Virus record (IMG/VR): IMGVR_UViG_2061766007_000951
Origin: an uncultured virus (IMG/VR IMGVR_UViG_2061766007_000951)
Taxonomy: Duplodnaviria > Heunggongvirae > Uroviricota > Caudoviricetes
Strand: one strand, 5' to 3'
Length of the DNA stretch: 20,000 nucleotides
Part shown: piece after piece, positions 16,641-20,000 of the stretch
Layout: each line of letters begins with the position of its first letter
Numbering within the stretch: position 1 is the first letter of the stretch
Notes under the pieces: generated by a model
Database searches by the model: none
The model's input: only the letters and a program-made list of their open reading frames with translations
What the model was told of the DNA's origin: nothing
Program-made: the position numbers and the translations under genes

Positions 16641-17219
16641 TTATTTTTCAAAAAGGCTGTTGAAGGCATCCAGATCTTGTTGTGTTTTTTCGTCCTGTTC
16701 GGTTGGAAGCTCCCATGCTTTGCGGAGTTTAGACATCTGCTTGCCGTATTCGGTTTTTGTTTCTCCGTCCCAGCAACGGTATGACATGACTTCATTAAGC
16801 TTTGTGTTGTGAAGTCCTGAAAGCAGGGCAAGAAACTGATGCCAGTGCATCTGTTTATAGTGTACCCCGTCAGGCTTTTCTAAAAGGTCAATTTTATACT
16901 GCTCCATAAAAGATGCATATATAAGCTGGGAATCCAAAAAGTAGTCAAGAACCTTTTCTGTGCCTGCGCGCTCGCCGGTGTTTCGTGGAAGCTCGCACTC
17001 CGGCTGATAGAATTTCATTAAAAGCTCAAAGCATTCTTTCTGCTCTTCTGGAGGAACTTTGTCTATATAGATGTGCTGTATCTGGTTTAATGTGGCGTCT
17101 TTTGTGGCAATTATACGAGAAAAACCCAGCCACACTCTCCAGTCGGTCTGTATATGATAAATATTGCCGGCTGCAGTCTGGATGCAGTCGGCAAGTTTAT
17201 TGAGAAACAAATCAATCAT
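16641..17219 (-). CDS. Bacteriophage Gp15-family tail assembly chaperone
   Basis: IQTDWRVWL...LDYFLDSQLIYASFMEQYKIDL...MHWHQFLALLSGL...EVMSYR; immediately upstream of the tape measure gene. Confidence 0.8.
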   Translation of the reverse strand: MIDLFLNKLADCIQTAAGNIYHIQTDWRVWLGFSRIIATKDATLNQIQHIYIDKVPPEEQKECFELLMKFYQPECELPRNTGERAGTEKVLDYFLDSQLIYASFMEQYKIDLLEKPDGVHYKQMHWHQFLALLSGLHNTKLNEVMSYRCWDGETKTEYGKQMSKLRKAWELPTEQDEKTQQDLDAFNSLFEK

Positions 17220-17749
17220 TATGTTGCAGAATAAGTTCCTTCTGTAAATTCAATGTCTCCGTCATCAACGGTAATATAACCGATTTCCGGTTCATCATTG
17301 AAAGCAACATCGAAAGTGATTGTTTCATCAACAGAGTTTAAGTCGTTGATAGTCAAAGTACAGTCTGCTTTCCAGGCAAGGAAAACAGCGTGCTCTTCGC
17401 CTTCTTCCGGTTCGTCGCATGGTTCCTGGAAGAAAACAAGACAAAGCTCTGCTTTTGCTTCTTCGCCAACTTTCTGATTTGCAAACTTTCCGAAAATGAA
17501 GTCGTAGTCATCTTCGCCTTTGTGCATTACAAGAGGTGTGCTGAAAGATGGAACATAGCGCAGAAGGTCTATTGTCGGATTTTCATCTGCAATGTAGTCG
17601 CGCTCTTCTGTCTGCGGATTCATGTTCAAATCAAAAGCTGTTGTCTTTTTGATTCTGGTCCATACAGGATTTTCTTTGTCTACAAGTCCTGTGTCTGAAT
17701 CAATGGCTGTATTGATAAACGGTGCAATCTGATACTTCTTAACACTCAT
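17219..17749 (-). CDS. Major tail tube protein, paralog 2 (acidic)
   Basis: 176 aa with the NPQTEERDYIADE pattern; co-linear with 17766..18278. Confidence 0.7.
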   Translation of the reverse strand: MSVKKYQIAPFINTAIDSDTGLVDKENPVWTRIKKTTAFDLNMNPQTEERDYIADENPTIDLLRYVPSFSTPLVMHKGEDDYDFIFGKFANQKVGEEAKAELCLVFFQEPCDEPEEGEEHAVFLAWKADCTLTINDLNSVDETITFDVAFNDEPEIGYITVDDGDIEFTEGTYSAT

Positions 17750-17765
17750 TTTCTGTCTCCTCTAA

Positions 17766-18278
17766 TTATGAATAAGTACCTTTTGTAAAGGTAATTGAGT
17801 TTCCGGCAACTGTTGCATAACCGACATCTGTTTTTCCGTTGAAGCTCACATCAAAAGTGATTGTTTCATCAACAGAGTTCAGATCGTTGATTGTGATTGA
17901 ACATGGAGCTTTCCAAGCCAGGAAGTGAGTAGGACTTGCAGCGCCATCAACAGGTTCCTGATAGAAAACAAGCATCACTTCGGCCTTTGCCTTTTCTCCA
18001 ACTGCAAGATTAAAGAATTTACCAAAAATAAATTCATAATCTGCTTCGCCTTTGTACATTACAAGAGGTGTGTTGAAAGTAGGGGCATAGCGCAACAAAT
18101 CAATAGTCGGATTTTTGTCGCTTATAAAATCACGCTCCTCTGTCTGTGGATTCATGTTCAGATCAAAGGATGTTGTCTTTTTGATTCTGGTCCATGTTGG
18201 GCTTGCTGTATTAACTAACCCGCTGGAATTGACGGCAGTGTTCAGAAATGGTGCGATTTGGTATTTTTTTACACTCAT
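17766..18278 (-). CDS. Major tail tube protein, paralog 1
   Basis: 170 aa, beta-rich; lies between the tail terminator and the chaperone. Confidence 0.7.
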   Translation of the reverse strand: MSVKKYQIAPFLNTAVNSSGLVNTASPTWTRIKKTTSFDLNMNPQTEERDFISDKNPTIDLLRYAPTFNTPLVMYKGEADYEFIFGKFFNLAVGEKAKAEVMLVFYQEPVDGAASPTHFLAWKAPCSITINDLNSVDETITFDVSFNGKTDVGYATVAGNSITFTKGTYS

Positions 18279-18324
18279 TATAAACTCCTTTTATAAGAAT
18301 TACTAATAATATTGTCAGATGACT

Positions 18325-18786
18325 TTAGGCAAGTTCTTCTTCTGTAATAATATTTATTGTAATTTCGGATGCAGTCATCTGCTGGGCAACTGCTCCTGTA
18401 TCACAGAAAAACTCTATCTGCTCAAGCTCGCTTTCTTCTGCATTTCCGTCAAAATCCGGATTTTTTGCAATGGCGGTCTTAAAAGCTTTTGAATATCTGC
18501 ACATGCGCGACATAAGAACAGAATAGGCAGCTTTCTGAAAAAGGAATGTAATTGTAAAATCACTTCTCCAGGCAGTGCCGTCTATAAAGCCTTCTTCCTG
18601 GCTTTGTGTTTCGGGCAGTATTGAAACAACTACCGGCGATTCATAGCGCGACAGGTCTACTGTTCCTATAACAATGTTTTTTTCTGTAATTGTGGGAAGC
18701 GTGCAGTCTCTTGAAGCAAGCCCCGCAAGTTCTGCATTTACATCTGTGAGGATAAAGTTTTTTATTGTCTGTGCAAGATTTTCCAT
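18325..18786 (-). CDS. Putative tail terminator / tail completion protein
   Basis: 153 aa, acidic; assignment is based mainly on its position before the tail tube genes. Confidence 0.5.
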   Translation of the reverse strand: MENLAQTIKNFILTDVNAELAGLASRDCTLPTITEKNIVIGTVDLSRYESPVVVSILPETQSQEEGFIDGTAWRSDFTITFLFQKAAYSVLMSRMCRYSKAFKTAIAKNPDFDGNAEESELEQIEFFCDTGAVAQQMTASEITINIITEEELA

Positions 18787-18788
18787 TT

Positions 18789-19229
18789 CTAACTCCAGTA
18801 TTTATTAAGTTCTTTGTCTATGTATTTTTGTACATCGTCCATGTAGGCGCCGCTGTTTGCGTAAGCATCGCCGGCCTGTACGAAATTACGCGGAGCAATA
18901 AACCAAGCTTTTGCCCGCTTTGTAGGGCCTTGATGTCCGTAGCTTAAAGTCATTGCTTTTGGGAATATTGTCCGGCTTTTTGTTGTGAGCGCTTTTGGAA
19001 AAACGTTTGCTTCGTCTCCGCTTTTCTTTACCTTATAGGTATAAGCTTTTTGGAGTTCGCCTGTGCGCCTCTGCAGATCGCTGTTTCTTATGGCAGCTTT
19101 AATTGTGTTTGCAGTTCCTTTGGCTGCAATGCGGAGTACTCCCTTTTGTATGGACTTTAAGCTTTTGGAAGTGCCTGCGAGTGCGTTCTGGACCTGTTCT
19201 ATATCACTTTGTATCGTAAGAAATTTCAT
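18789..19229 (-). CDS. Putative neck protein (HK97 gp10-like)
   Basis: 146 aa, basic; RRTGELQKA...LSYGH...APRNFV pattern and synteny. Confidence 0.55.
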   Translation of the reverse strand: MKFLTIQSDIEQVQNALAGTSKSLKSIQKGVLRIAAKGTANTIKAAIRNSDLQRRTGELQKAYTYKVKKSGDEANVFPKALTTKSRTIFPKAMTLSYGHQGPTKRAKAWFIAPRNFVQAGDAYANSGAYMDDVQKYIDKELNKYWS

Positions 19230-19452
19230 CTACAATTCCTTCTACAGCTTCGCCCCAGCTTTCCCATTCCTGCACCAGACTGTCATAATAAACGATTAAA
19301 AGTGCATAGTCTTTGAGAGTTTCCGGCGGAGTAAGTTTCTGTCGTTCAGGCTTTGGCGGTAAAACTGGTTTATTTTGTTTTTGCTTTGTTGTTCTGCACC
19401 CTGTCATTATTGGCAGCAATAACAGCAGCAACAATATCGTTAATTTCTTCAT
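19204..19452 (-). CDS. Putative o-spanin (Rz1-like lipoprotein)
   Basis: MKK plus a hydrophobic stretch ending in MTGC (lipobox), then Pro-rich PVLPPKP; overlaps the i-spanin 3' end in another frame. Confidence 0.7.
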   Translation of the reverse strand: MKKLTILLLLLLLPIMTGCRTTKQKQNKPVLPPKPERQKLTPPETLKDYALLIVYYDSLVQEWESWGEAVEGIVDEISYDTK

Positions 19453-19690
19453 CGGTTTTTGCCTCGTTTATTTTGTTCTGGACTTCGCTGTTCTTCTGCA
19501 GGATGCTTGCAAGCTCCTGTGAATGTTTTACAAGATAAGAAATGTTTATTTCTTTGTCTGCAAGCTCGCGTTCAAGTTCTACAATTTTGTACTTTGTTTC
19601 CTTATGCTGTTTGTGCATTTCGGCAATAACTGCAATAAGAATAACAATAAGCGTAATAAGGGCAATAATGATTGTAAGAGCTGTGCTCAT
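19370..19690 (-). CDS. Putative i-spanin (Rz-like)
   Basis: Single N-terminal transmembrane helix followed by a coiled coil. Confidence 0.7.
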   Translation of the reverse strand: MSTALTIIIALITLIVILIAVIAEMHKQHKETKYKIVELERELADKEINISYLVKHSQELASILQKNSEVQNKINEAKTDEEINDIVAAVIAANNDRVQNNKAKTK

Positions 19691-19924
19691 TTAGTCCCTC
19701 CTGAATTTGTCGAGCATGATATTCAGGTCTATTGTTCCGGCACCAAGTCCGTAAACAACTGCCCACATAAAACAGATCTCGCCGCTTTCTGCATTAAGGA
19801 TGCCGCACCATTTAAGGATATGGCATGCAATTATTCCAAGCACTGCAATTACCTTAAAAATCTTACTCATGGTCTTTGCGCTGGTAAGTTTGTTGTCTGT
19901 GCTCTGGATTGGCTGTTCTTCCAT
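19691..19924 (-). CDS. Putative holin (two TM helices)
   Basis: 77 aa with two hydrophobic segments, a basic C-terminus (KFRRD) and a GGAGGT SD; directly upstream of the spanins. Confidence 0.55.
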   Translation of the reverse strand: MEEQPIQSTDNKLTSAKTMSKIFKVIAVLGIIACHILKWCGILNAESGEICFMWAVVYGLGAGTIDLNIMLDKFRRD

Positions 19925-19953
19925 CTGTACCTCCGTTTATAAAAATGTCAGTT

Positions 19954-20000
19954 AAATAAAAAGACCCGCCGATTTGAGCTTCTTCGAGAGGCTTGGCGGG
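19954..20000 (-). terminator. Possible intrinsic terminator, truncated by the window edge
   Basis: CCCGCC/GGCGGG stem followed on the minus strand by UCUUUUUAUUU. Confidence 0.45.

Noticed and set aside
142..19942. Numerous plus-strand and nested ORFs in the track
   Set aside because: They are antisense or alternate-frame shadows of well-supported minus-strand genes and have no recognisable motifs.
9283..20000. Second VR or additional DGR target
   Set aside because: No other match to the TR ends (GTCGCGTCGAGTTCC, GTCCGTCCCCG) was found by eye in this window; remote targets are not excluded.

Overview
This window is part of a temperate siphovirus-type phage, almost entirely on the minus strand. 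Reading right to left it contains: holin and nested Rz/Rz1-like spanins, neck and tail terminator genes, two paralogous tail tube genes, a Gp15-like chaperone, a tape measure gene split by an N-gap, lambda M/L/K/J-like tail tip genes, and a complete diversity-generating retroelement (DGR: target with VR and hairpin, avd, TR, spacer, RT). These are followed by two small ORFs, an intact attP (3' half of tRNA-Arg(TCT) with arm repeats on both sides), a tyrosine integrase, an XRE repressor (+), a highly structured ~500-nt leftward leader, an excisionase-like gene, a PcfK/PcfJ-like pair and a partial replication initiator. Phage genes on both sides of attP imply the excised or free form. Spanins imply a diderm host; a Treponema-like spirochaete is a guess. 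The least explained signal is a 24-nt complementarity between a predicted ~200-nt early leader RNA and the integrase 5' UTR, which carries anti-SD motifs. All family assignments come from motif recognition, not database searches.
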